From contig OZ316893.1 in the NCBI GenBank assembly GCA_973895155.1, positions 7,216,963-7,280,962 of the forward strand: a stretch of 64,000 bases of DNA, read 5' to 3'. This stretch comes from Marsupella aquatica. Taxonomy: Eukaryota; Plantae; Marchantiophyta. The notes under the pieces were generated by a model. It was not told the DNA's origin and did no database searches. It was given only the letters and a program-made list of their open reading frames with translations. The position numbers were made by a program, and so were the translations under genes. This document shows positions 63,558 to 64,000 of the stretch, piece after piece. Positions within the stretch are counted from its first letter, which is position 1, and each line of letters begins with the position of its first letter.

Positions 63558-64000
63558 TGTAAGTAGTGGGTATTTCCAAAATCATGAAGAAACTGAAATT
63601 TTTTAAATTTTTTATGGGGTTTAACCTCTAATTGTTGATAACAGAATGGAGATAGCATTCTGTCTACAAGTTACGGTTCCCAAGTTTAAAGTAAGTTTAC
63701 GAGTAAACTCCTGTTACTAGTTACGAGTTACGAGTTACGATTTACGGGGTTGCGACAGTATACTAGTTACGAGTATACTAGTGACGACTTACTAGTTAGG
63801 GCTTTATGAGTTGTGCCTTACGAGTTGGCGACCGATGATCGCGATGTCTTACGGCTACTTCCAACGGGACTTAGCAACGGGATGGCGAACGTGAATTGAA
63901 GAAAAGGCAAATTAGACTTTGGGCGCTCACTCCTGACTTAATTCCTGCCACCTCTGTTGATTCTACCAGCTTCCCCACTCCTTAGCGCACTCAACATAAC
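63558..64000 (+). mobile_element. 5' end of a second E2-family LTR (continues past the window)
   Basis: Reverse complement of about 57358-56917. The window ends just before the ATG of its LTR gene. Confidence 0.9.

Noticed and set aside
56917-64000. 57358 and 63558 copies as terminal inverted repeats of one DNA transposon, or as an LTR pair
   Set aside because: They face away from each other in opposite orientation, each starts with a clean TG junction in a different host sequence, and LTR pairs must be direct repeats.

Overview
Eukaryotic plant genomic DNA, probably a bryophyte (liverwort-like; inferred from gene structure and transposon protein style). The left half holds two host genes on the minus strand: the 5' part of a TMEM135/Tim17-like membrane protein gene (1-737, missed by the ORF track) and a complete 19-exon LRR receptor-like kinase (16802-26901, about 967 aa). 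It also carries a non-autonomous short-LTR Copia element (3248-6762), a Helitron-like repeat block (8660-10423) and small repeats. From about 36000 to the end is a retrotransposon nest about five levels deep, built on a decayed Copia element. The main result is that several different giant (about 3.8-4.6 kb) TG...CA-bounded LTR units each carry a long gene inside the LTR. Two of them are TSD-flanked solo units (43016-46849, TSD GCGTC; 49750-54376, TSD AGGTT). A third is the PBS-anchored 5' LTR of an Athila-like Gypsy element (48604-57358). The encoded proteins share a PMD/plant-transposon-protein-like core, and the Athila-like element has strand-biased TTACGAGT/TTACTAGT motif arrays upstream of each of its ORFs. 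This may be an LTR-borne regulator or anti-silencing system; the function is a hypothesis. All alignments and family assignments were made by eye, with no database searches.
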